Of a stretch of DNA of 64,000 nucleotides, positions 41,459 to 52,639 are shown piece by piece (the stretch's first letter is position 1; every line of letters starts with the position of its first letter). The notes below the pieces were generated by a model. The model did not search any database. It was given only the letters and a program-made list of their open reading frames with translations, and had not been told where the DNA came from. Origin of the DNA: Selaginella moellendorffii (Eukaryota > Plantae > Lycopodiophyta); NCBI RefSeq assembly GCF_000143415.4, contig NW_003314268.1, forward strand, positions 3,728,559 through 3,792,558. Reading direction: 5' to 3'. The position numbers and the translations under genes are program-made.

Positions 41459-41484
41459 TTTAGGGTTTAGGGTTTAGGGTTTAG
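41459..41484 (+). repeat. Interstitial plant telomere repeat (TTTAGGG)3+, second copy
   Basis: TTTAGGG x3 plus TTTAG inside the duplicated unit. Confidence 0.9.
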
Positions 41485-42717
41485 CAATTCAGTAGCAAAT
41501 ACAAAATTTGATGCAAAATCCTTTGATATGTCACAATGCCCCTAGGACCATAAACACATTTCAATAGAGAGGGTCCTTTCATTTCATAACTCCTTACGTA
41601 GATTTTGGTGAAACCAGAGTTAGTGAAGTTGGTTTCTTGTGATCCCACATCTGATTGTGATGTCGCTTTGCAGTGTCGATGGAAAGGTCAATGCACACCA
41701 AACTGTAGAATCTTGGAGCAAAATAACGGTTGGATCTATGGCAAATGCCCCTGAAACATTGTAAGGCTCGTGTGGTCTCATGTGGTGTCCGATCGAGATG
41801 CTTCTTTGCAGGGTCATCAAGAAGGACATTGTATACCATTCTTTATTTAGCTGAACATTTGGCATTTTTGGAAATACAAGATGCTTTGGAATATCCAATC
41901 ATGCATGGTATAAATATAGCGAGGGTATTAAATGATATCCCAATCATGATCTTTTTTTTGGATTTCGCGTGTATGCAGTCCGAGGAATGATGACGTTGCG
42001 GATTTCTTTTGGATTTCACGTGCATGCATGCGTGCGGCGATCCAGAAATTAATGGTGGCACCCAAGTCCGAGGAATGATGACGTTGCGGGATTACCAACA
42101 GTCGTGACATTTCGCGCGTGTGAGGTTAGGTTTTGCATTTTGCTTCATACTCGCGCTCGCACACTCGCTCCCACTCACGATCACGCTCACATTCGCGCTC
42201 ATCTACCTTCTCTACAGGTTTCTCGTGTGCATCGGCGTCCACTCACGCTTGCATCACACTCGCGCTCGCATCGCGCTCGTGTGCATCGGCGTCCACTTCA
42301 AGACACACCCAGTTTGTAACTTCGCCGCCAACTCCGCCGCCCACTCCGCCACCCACACGCAGCCCACTTGGCGTCCCGGGAGATTTCAGCGCCACTCTCC
42401 AACTATAAGTGGCAGAGTAGCCTTGCTGCTACGATCCGCTGCACACACAGTGCACATTTGCCAGCGAGTCCGGCCTCGATTGTCACGCCTCCATTCGGCT
42501 TCAAATGGTAAGTCGTTTAGGCCAAGTAGAAAATGGCACATGCCATTCAGTAGCAACATTGGCATGCACCGATTGGGCTCTCGAGTGCAGTCCGGTTACA
42601 GATGGCGTGTAGCCTCACGCCATCTTAGGATGCAGCCTCAAGACATCTGATGCAGTGGTGAATGGCGTGTGGCCTCACGTTATTTCCAGCTGCTAGCTTT
42701 TCATCTGTCAGCTCTAA

Positions 42718-45111
42718 TTGTTGTGCATTTCTGAACAGGCAAGGAATTGCGTTCTTCTTCCAGCCATTGTCAATGTAGATGCAGAGAAGGGGGAGGAGCT
42801 CACCAGTTGGACTTTCGGGATGGAAGGCGAGGATCTGAGGCTGTACAACACAGATGGTGGGAGAAAAGAATGCATGGGGATCCTCATCCAAGTGACAGAC
42901 ACTCCATGCAGTTCCATGCAAGAATATGGACTGGCACTTGTGGTAGAGACAGCGTCCGCCTTCAAGATCCACCTTACACATCCTAGCGGCTTCCCGGAGG
43001 GGGGCAGCGGGTATGAGGAATTCCTAAAGGGAGCTAGGGAGAGGTAGTCCAAGAGGCCCACAATTTCAAAGACGTTGCGGGTCTATGAAGATCACATGGA
43101 ATCCACGGACCTCACCTACAGCGATGTTCAAAAACTATATTCCAACATTGAGCCGTTGAGAGTGCCTCCAGTTCGCGAAGCGAAGGGGAAGGGGGTCGAT
43201 CTGGAAACTACCCCAAAGCAGAAAAGGGTGGTCAAGCTCAAGCCGACGTCCGACTCTCCTGCTCCAAAAAAGAAGCTACTCGGTGATGCCATTGCCTCGG
43301 GTTCGAACACTACACCCACCAAAAAGAAGAGCCGCAAAGAGCAGAAAGAGCAAGAAGAGGCAGCAAAAATCATCGCAGATAATAGTACTTGTTACTATTC
43401 CAACAAAGTATATACAATCGACGTGAGCCGTATCGACATCCAAAGCAAATACAACCACAGGCTAGTATCTGATGAGTGGGTGGAGAAACTGAAGCAGAAG
43501 ATGCTGGCAAGTCCAGTAACACCCGACATCGCAGACGTGATCCCCTACTACCGAACAATGAAGGGCGAGACGAGGTTTCCAGACTTGATCAATAGGAAGG
43601 TGTTGGACAATCAGAACATCCAGTTCTATGCCGTCTCCGAGCAGCATTCTAGCTTGGCGATGCAAGAGATAGTTGTGGATATTATGGTGGGCAAGGAGGT
43701 GAAGAAAGTCTTCAAGACAAGAGTTGTCTGCCTGATAAAAGGCAACTCGCCCCTCCGATCTATCATATACATCTCCCACGCGCAGAATGTCAAGCAAGAA
43801 ACGTGCTACAAATCGGGTCTGCACGAGACATTGGCACGAACACGGAAGCTCTGGGTTCAACTGAAGAAGCCACAAAAACCAGGACAAGGACGTGCACTAG
43901 CAACTAGTGCCTGGTAGGTAAGCCTCGTTGCATGTGGCATAGCATGTGGCCTCACGCCATTTCCATTGCAGGAATTCTCGAGTCTTCTCTCAAAAACACT
44001 GGGGGTCAATGACACACTCAGCATCCATAACATTCTACTCGCGACAAAAGTTGTTTTTGACAAATGGGTAGATGTGCTAAGGAGGTACCATGACGGGGAG
44101 TTGCTAAACTCAATGGGTGTGGAGGACGGCCGGAAGCCCAATGATTTGAAGCTCAATGCCTTGCGTTTCTCACGGTCTCTAGACAACGACGACCTTCTGA
44201 CAGTGGCTAATGCTCTTCTACGTGGTGAGGTAGTCTTCAACAAGACCAAAAGGACTCCCGGCCATATTGTGACATACGAGGACTTGTGCACGACTCTGAG
44301 AGCTCGTGCGCTATTGAAGGATTGGATCTTCGAGCAAGTGGCCATGGAGAGGGTGAGCATCGACACCACGCAAGAGATGATGGAAGAGCTGGAGTTGTCA
44401 AATGAAGACATCGATGAGTACGTGAAGGGGGCCCCCAAGTTCATCGATCTGCTGCGGGATGCCACGAAAAGTAAAGCTGAGAAGTTGGATCAGTATCCAA
44501 ATTTCATTAAGAGGGATGTCGACCACTGGCTTCAGAAACAGCTCGACCCCGCAGCAGAGGCCTATCGAGAACCTTACCGGGTATACGTGAATTCGGATGA
44601 GGATCAAAGGTGGAGGAGCATCGTTTCCCGCGGAGATGAGCAGATCAAGAACATCTTTTGTGTGATGGACTTCACAAACGAGGAGATCACTCATGCAGAC
44701 GAAGTCAGCTCCATCATTGACTTAATGGTGGGACTTGCGGAGGTGGAATCTTTAGTCCACTATATGATCTACGACTCCGAATCCTATCACAAGTTCTGGA
44801 AGGCCTTGAACGAGGTGAAGGCTCGGTTGAAAGGCAAGGAGATGCGGGAGATCCATGGGATAATGGCTAAGAAGAAGATACCGACGAATGTCCGCACCAG
44901 TCATCATTTATGGCATGTATATTATCTAGCCAAGCACTATCCGCATCTCCATAATCTGCTCAACCGGATGGGTTCTTCGACCACTGAACATGAGCGTGGA
45001 CGTATTAGAGAAGAGATGGCATTACTATTGGGTTTAAATCCTGATAGTGTGGAGAGTGATGAAATTCCAAGATTATTGTATAGGCGTTGGAGGCAAAAAA
45101 TAACAGTCTGA
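42718..45111 (+). pseudogene. Transposon second gene (~770 codons) with a ParB/Sulfiredoxin-like domain; two TAG interruptions
   Basis: ORFs 42718, 43075 and 43966 share one frame; 54-nt GT-AG intron 43918-43971; motif IDVSRID..YNHRLVSDEWVEKLKQKM..FYAVSEQHSSLAMQEI; basic NLS-like stretch (KKKSRK). Confidence 0.65.
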
Positions 45112-45699
45112 GATGGCATGTATTTATTTAAAAATGTAACTTATTATGGCATGGGGTTCCATGCCATTGTATTAATATTAAAAGACAATTCTTTGAGAGG
45201 ATTTGCATTATACTAGAAGTGTTACAACATGTTATTGGAAGTCTACAAAGTTGTTTTATTAATAAGGGGAAAGTAAAGATTGAATGGGGACTTGGGCTCC
45301 ACCTAGACTCGGAGCAACTGAGCCAATATTAAAAGGATGGAAAGAAATTGGACGACGATGACAAGGAGAAGAGAGAGGTGAAACAGTAGCAGGGGGAGGA
45401 GAAGTGATTGAGTAGACATTTCCTTGTTTAAAATAAAATGGCATGTGCCTCAATGCAGTTGCATTTTGTTATATTTATATACTATATAAAGGTTTGGAAA
45501 CCTTATTTTACAAGTGGGATAATGACAATTCCCACTTTAACGAAATAGAGCTTTATTTACAGCTACTGGTGCTTTCAATCTTTATTCTATGCTTTCTCTA
45601 TACTTACCATGATTCTCCTAATCTAAACAGGTATATGGGACATGATCATATCCTTTTCAATCAAGTGGTTTCAACATTCTTGTCTAGAGTGAATTTTTT

Positions 45700-46480
45700 C
45701 GGATAATGGTCCTATATTTATGGTTGAGGCTTTTCACATTTTAACATCTAAGCTAAGAATATGCCACATTTTCATAAGTCGTTATCATTTACAAACAAAT
45801 GGTTTGGTGGAATAACTCATTCGAACCTTCAAAGTGATTGTGAAGTACGTGAGCTTTCAACATTTAGATTGTAATAGTTATCTATTGTCTTTTTGGTATA
45901 TGTGTGTCACAGGGATACATAGTTTTATTGGTGCTTCATCATATAAACTCTTATATGGTTATAATTCGATATTGCCAATAAAGTTGAGTTTTCTTTTGCA
46001 ATTGCTACAAGTTACCAATGCTAGGTCTTGGGATCAGTATTTGATGAGCATTCTTCCTTTGGTCTGATAGAGTTTACCAAATGTTTAGGCCACATACAAA
46101 TGGGATAACAATAGTGTTACAACTTCTATTATCATCCACCTATGATATACAAAGTGGATGACTTAGTGCTAGTTTGTTTTCCCAATCTTATGGTACATAA
46201 TTTGTCTAAAAGGCTCTTTGCTCAGTGGAATGGACTGTATCAGGTGTTGTAGCAAGTTAGACTGCAAATTTATGAGGTTTGGCATAATGTTAATTATATG
46301 TCAATTATTGGATCTTCCAAAAATTGTGCATGTGCAACAGCTAAAACATTTTATATAAAGGGATCAAGAACAACTGACACCAACTACAAATCCATTGATG
46401 CCTCCTCCTAATGTTTCTCTAAGTCCCAGCTTGTCCACCAAAAAACCTTAACTATCTTCCATCTTTCTAAGAGGGGTTGA
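45700..46480 (+). pseudogene. Degraded Ty3/gypsy integrase followed by a PPT
   Basis: YHLQTNGLVE, SSYKLLYG, FAQWNGLYQV and VHVQQLK motifs; AAGAGGGG at ~46469. Confidence 0.65.
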
Positions 46481-49351
46481 TATGAAGTCTAAGTATACTA
46501 CTACAATACTATATACTAATATTAGTGTAGTGGGATTTTGATAGCTTTTGGATTGTTTTCAATCTAGACCACTCGCTCCTATATATAAACTAAGCTTTTG
46601 GGCTAATTAATATTCATATTTCTGTATTCTATTTTCATATTCCATGCACACACAAAATCTGATATTCCATAATAGTATATACTAAACAGTTTTTATAGTT
46701 AGGAAAAAGAGTTTAAATATTACTGCTTAATCAAATTATTTTTGATGAGTTAAATTGTAATTAACTAAGGCTACATATAAAAATATAATATATACTCCTA
46801 TTGTTTGTTTTAATTTTTTTGTATTAGTAATTTGAGTTTGTATACACTCTTAAAACTAAGCAAACCTCCTTATTATATTTCAAATTAAAATTATTAAAGT
46901 TAATTTTTTATCTAAAATATTTCAGAGATCATATTACTATACAAAACATTTTTTTTCTGGGCTGACCACTCCAGGAATACCTCCCATTTTGGGAGGTGTA
47001 TCTTCCCTAAAACCTTGCAAGTACTAATTGTTTGTTATAGTTAAATGTAAAGTATGCTTTCACTTGAGATATAAATAAACTTATTACTATTTCAAAAATG
47101 CTAATATATTAATAATCTGAAACAAAAGTAAAAGCAGAATTCATAAAAATTATTATTACTAATTCAGATATTTGTAAAAATTAATTGAAATATATTCATA
47201 AAAGACACTTTATGAGTGCTCAAAATATGGGAATAGATACATTAATTTGGGTCTAGACCCTTGTTTATATACAGGAATGGATGAGATAAATTCAGTCCTA
47301 AATAAATAGTCCTTATGCTATAGTAATATAATTAATATATTATACCTTACACCATCCTCCCTCCAAATAATGAAAAAAGTGATAATGAGTTAGGTGAAAT
47401 ATTTGGAGTTTTTGCTAGATGATTATAGATTGATACAAGAACTTGAAGCTCCCATAAAACCATCAATATAGTTGCTAACAACTATAATTGAAACAAACCC
47501 TAAAATTATAGCATAAACATTAGTCAACTATGAAATCCCAATGAACTAGTTGCAACTTTATATATAATTGCCAAATGCCTGAATTAACCTTAAAACTATA
47601 ATTTTGAATTAAAATAAAGGACTTCAAGAGCCACTAAAGTCTATAAAGCACCATTGAAATAAATGATATATTCCATCTTTAAGTCTATTTATTAATGATG
47701 TTTTGAGACCATTGTTAATTCGGACTCACGACTATAAACAATATCTTCCTTTGTATTTTCCTTTCATTTAACATTTAAGACCTCAAACTCATGACCTTTA
47801 TCATTATCCAATAATGCATATAGGAGATTAGAATCACTTTATTCATCCTCTACATCCTCTTTATTTCTTCTTCGAAAGAAAAAAAAACTTTAAAACACTA
47901 ACTCTATTCAAATTTGTTGTGCCTGTTCTCACTCCACCATTTATGTTTGACCTCACTCCACTTTCATATTTTTTCGGCTTTACTATATTGCAATTAGATA
48001 TTCCATTTAGACTTGCTATGCTTATACTCACTCCACAATCTATGTCATTTGTCTTCACTTTGCTACTGTACATGTTCATCCTCACATCATCATTAGGGAC
48101 TCTCATCCATCTCCTCTACCTCCTTCTTTGAAAAAAAAAAAGTTTGAAATGTCAAGACAAAAAGGAGAAAATAAGAAAAATTAAAGAAGAAACATTATGA
48201 AAGAAGAAAATGTAAATAAAGAAACATTAAAAGAGGAATTTTCAACAATTGGCAATATAGAAATTGAGAAATATAAAGAAAGATATGTGCTAAAAGCTTG
48301 AAAAATAGAGGATTTCCTATCATAAAATTATTCAACCACCACAATATAAGCAAAAGATTTATATTTTTCAACACACAACTCAACAGTTAAGTTGGGAAAA
48401 TTAATAGGGATATCCATACTCTTAAGAAAACACATAAACTCGTCAATATCAATAGTAAAGCAAAAACTTTTAATAGCACTCACAAGTGGGAACATATACT
48501 CAATCTGAAACTTTGGCCAAAGTAACTCAATTCTTAGAACAAGGGAATAATCAACACTAAAACTAATTACAAACTTTGTTAATGAAGTAAATACAAAATT
48601 TTCAACTTCATGCATATATTTAACATCCAGATTAGTATAAAAAGGACAAAAAACACTCAACTCAACACTAAATTAAAAATGAAAATAACAAGAGTCACAA
48701 ATGAATGACAAAAACGTTATAGATGAAGAAGAAACACTAAGAACATAAGAAAATGGCTTAAACCAAAAAATAAAAAAATTATTGAGAAAGAGCAAAAAGT
48801 AAAGAGAAAAGATCAAATAGCAGATTGAAAGATTAACACCTACCCTTTAATATCTCTACTTTGTCTCTAAAGTTATCTTTATAATAATCAAGTTCATTCC
48901 CATGGAAGTTGGAGATGGAAATACATTAAAGATGGCCATAACACCACCAAAAATTTAATTTAATAGAGTAGCATTAACAACTTCAAATGATATATTCCTT
49001 GATTAATAACAACATGGCATGGTAGAAGAAGGAATTGCAATGAAAATTAGAAAGAAGAATAAATTTAAGCACAGTGAAAGTTAAAATTCTAGATCTTGCA
49101 AGAAGTTCATACAAATCTAAATCTAAAAAAGAAAAAATTAATAAAAATAAAAATACAATCCCAAACACTAGAGTAAAGTATTACAAAAAAGTTTTACCCT
49201 CCAAGAACAAATTGCAATGCCCTCACCACCACCAATGTGAATGTTTAAAATATGGGAGTAAGTATATTAATTGGGGTTTAGACTCTTGAGGAAGACCAAA
49301 TTCAATCCAAAATAAGCAGTGATATGTTATAATACTGTAATTAATATATTA

Positions 49352-50565
49352 CCTAGATAAGGTAATACATGTTTATAAATATATGTATTACAGACTTTAC
49401 AACTATAAATTTCAAGTATTAGGCAAATCAAGTTGTAAGCTCAAAATCCATCTAGCATTCCTAACTAAGCATCCATAGAAAGGAGAGGTAAACATCTTTA
49501 AATCCTTAGTGATAGATTCTTTACAAAACTTTCTTTGCAACTTCACCAACAACATTGCACATTCTTAGAGCAAGAAATTTTGAGAATCCTGGTAGTAATC
49601 TCTTGGTATTCATGGACTCAGCAAGATCTGCAACTGCCAATTGGCAAAGTTCTTGGAAATATTTAAATCATATGGCATAGAAAGAAGAAACCCTGATTGT
49701 TGCAATTCTATCTACTATCCTACTGTTGGACATACTAAAGCACAATAAGAATAACACAACAATTTTTACCATAGAAGGATGAATCTAAAGAGAGAAAGCA
49801 TAACAAAGAATAGATCCACCATTGTCCCAAGTGGAGGAGCCTTCCCAAGCAGAACTGAAATTCCATCAACCTAGCAAATTTCTTGATCTAAGACACTACT
49901 GCCTAATCTTCTTGGCTTTGCCTGGAACTTCTAGAACTGGAATGGACCAGGATGATGCAAAGCTTTCAAGCCTGCTGATGCAATCTAGAAGAGTTGCACA
50001 AGAAATGAAGAAAGAGTTTTTACTCTTCTCAAGATTGTGAGATACACTTGGAACAGCTTCAAGAAAAGACATAAGTAAAATAAGAAAATACTAACTTAGG
50101 AATCTTGGAACCATTCAGCTCCTCCACAGTATCCACTAATGCATGTGACCATGTTAATCCATTTGAACACCGCATGCCAATCCCTTGAACAAATTCCTTC
50201 AACACCATTGATATTGTGTGGATTGCCATGCACCATGCGCTGCATGCTTGCAAAGAATGCCCTGGAAGATCCCATGAGAAGCACGCTGGAGCCAAAGAGA
50301 TTGAATGATTCGGCCCTGCTCCACCTGACCACTGGAAAATTGGCCACTTCTGGAGTGCCCATTCATTGATCTAGGATGTGAGCTCTCTTGCAGCATGTCC
50401 TGCTCACTGTGAAGAATGATTTATGGGCTAGAGCAATACTGACCGATTGAGCCGTGTGGAGCTGTCTAGTCCCAGAGGAATTCCTGGGAGTATACCTTGT
50501 GATACACTGGCGACAGGGGATGATGCTAAACCTTGCATGAACCGTGAACATCCCCGTACTCGAGC
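49352..50565 (-). mobile_element. Second copy of the dispersed repeat/putative Helitron at 4794-6088
   Basis: Inverted homology to 4810-5945; on the minus strand a hairpin (49362-49391) is followed by CTAG. Confidence 0.5.
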
Positions 50566-50897
50566 GGCACAAGCTCCTGGGCCTCCACCTCTGGTGCTGG
50601 TATCCTCATCCGGGGTAGAAGTTTTGCGGCTGCAAGGGCGGAGGAGGAGCTGCAGTAAAGGAGAGTTTTACACCTCCTAGGGCGCACAACAAACAAACAG
50701 GTGTCATGCCCACCTTCTGGGCCGGCCCAAAATATTTTAGAAATTACGGCACCGATTGGGGCAATAGCAATAGATCTGAACTGATCCTATAGTATTTATG
50801 CTATCTGAACCAATGCATAGATTTGCCACCAAGTTAAGCTTTTCATATTAAAACAACCAAGCATGCACAGCGATTTCTGGTTATTTCTTATAGCGAA

Positions 50898-52548
50898 TCA
50901 TATAGCTCCTTCACGAAGCAGCAAACTTTTAAGCAACTCTTCCACGCTTTTCTGCATCGTCTTACTCTCCAGCTTCTCAATCACTTCAGCTCCAAAGGAG
51001 AACACTAACGCACTGCGTGCTGTTTGAGCATCTATCCCACGAGCTCGGAAGTAAAACAGTTGGTCTTCATCCAAGTCACTGATGGCTACACCGTGGGTGC
51101 ACTTGACATCATCGGCATTTATCTGAAGGCTCGGCTTCGCATTCACTGTAGCTCTCGGAGCGAGTAACAGGGATCTACTCAACTGGCCAGCATCAGTTTG
51201 CTGCGCATCCCTGTGAATCCAGACTTGGTGCGTAAGCAAAAGCAGAAAATAAAGAAAAAAAGAGTATTTTACCTGTTTACGCGAATGTTGCCATCAAACA
51301 CACCATGTCCTGTTGAGTTCATGACAATGCACTTCTGGAGTTGTCTTGCATAGCCTCTGGGATGGTTCAGTATCAACCGGCTATGGAGGTCTTGCACCTG
51401 ATCACGACCGCACAACAGGAACGTTAACATATCCGTTTTAGTGTCGGAACCAAGCTGCTCAATGTGGAGATTGTGCCTGCTTAGCTTGCTCCCAAGTTCC
51501 ACGTCCACGCACTTGTAGCTACTAGCTTTCTCCTGAAAGGCCCAATGTCAATCATCCAGAATAGCGGCAAGAGAAAGAGAATGTACCTGTGAGACATAAG
51601 TCTTTTTCATGCTCACAGAAGATCGCTCTTGAGTTTGTATCAAGTCGTGAGACACTGAAGCTCCCGACTCGATAACAATCTCACACACGGAATTCGTCCA
51701 GTGGGAGCTCTCCTCTGTTCCTCCTCTGAACTCCTCAACCAGATGGACCGTTGCTCCTTCGGAGGCCACCACGAGCAGCCTTGGATTTGTCATTGACACG
51801 ACTTGAGGTTCAAGCTGGTTCTTCAAGTTCTTGCGAGGAGTCGAGTAGTAGACAACGTGGATAGGCTTCTCCAGCTTCAAGTCCTTGGGAACCAGCACCA
51901 CACCCAGATCCAGCGCTCCAATTCCATTCAGGGAGACGAAAGCATCCTTGTCTATCAAGGTTGACGCCTGTGCGATCCTGGGGACGACGTACTTCTGGAG
52001 CTTCTCATCCGGAGCACCGAGTATACTTCCAACGTAAACTTCAGGAGGAACTCCTTCGACTTTCGACAATTCCGGAGAAAGGATCCCATCCACGAAGACC
52101 AGCCTGATGCTCTCATCTTCTTCGTCTTCCATGCCCTCAAAGCTCAAGCTCTCCACTTCATCTTCACCAAGTATCAGCGGCTGGATCTCTGAATCCTTGA
52201 GAAACTTCACGTTTGTGAACCTGTAAGCTTCGTCTTTGCTGCTAGGCCACTTACACGTAACCGCGACCTCGGCCGATCCATCCCGCAAGGCTTTCAAGAC
52301 GAGATTGCTCCTCCTCTCCTCCCCAGCACCCTTGCTCACGCTGTCCTCCAGCTTCTCTGCGAGCTCTAGAAGAAAGAAATCCGGCCTGCTCTCCACTGCT
52401 AAGGCTCGAGGAGCAGTAATCCGGGCTCTCGATCTGCTCTGCCATGGGCGCCTTCCTGGACCGGAAGATTAGGTGCTGAGAGAAGGCAATTGCATCTGGC
52501 TTACCGAAATCCAAGCGGGAACAAGCTCGCGGCCTGCAAACACTCCAT
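50898..52548 (-). CDS. SUFD: Plastid Fe-S cluster assembly protein SufD (ABCI7/NAP6), about 4 exons
   Basis: EAYRFT; SRHNLHIEQLG..QVQDLHSRLILNHPRG..QLQKCIV; AQQTDAGQLSRSLLL..KPSLQINADDVKCTHG; start codon inferred via a short first exon. Confidence 0.92.
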
Positions 52549-52639
52549 CGCGCCTAAGAGCCCTAATGCGGACTATGGAATTTGTTTGAGAATATTCTCC
52601 GTGAAGAACCCTAGAAGCATTTGCCCAGAGAGGCCCAGG

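Larger units (their letters stand above)
39914..41840 (+). repeat. Internal tandem duplication within the DNA transposon
   Basis: 39914-40120 plus 40517-40984 is near-identical to 41178-41840; 40200-40250 repeats at 41136-41187. Confidence 0.92.
37745..45451. mobile_element. ~7.7-kb two-gene DNA transposon (Sola/DUF7869-like), decayed
   Basis: Imperfect ~22-bp TIRs: GAGGGCACATGCCATTCTATTT and (reverse complement) GAGGCACATGCCATTTTATTT; divergent transposase and second gene; GC-richer than its flanks; no clean TSD. Confidence 0.65.

Noticed and set aside
40588-41484. True telomere or chromosome-fusion site
   Set aside because: Only 3-4 units, same orientation, inside a duplicated TE segment
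37741-45455. Target-site duplication for the DNA transposon
   Set aside because: Flanks GCTT and AATG do not match, and left (LINE) and right (gypsy) neighbours differ, so the ends remain provisional
37738-45459. Palindromic repeats as a CRISPR-like array
   Set aside because: Irregular spacing (60 to >1000 bp), eukaryotic context, no cas genes
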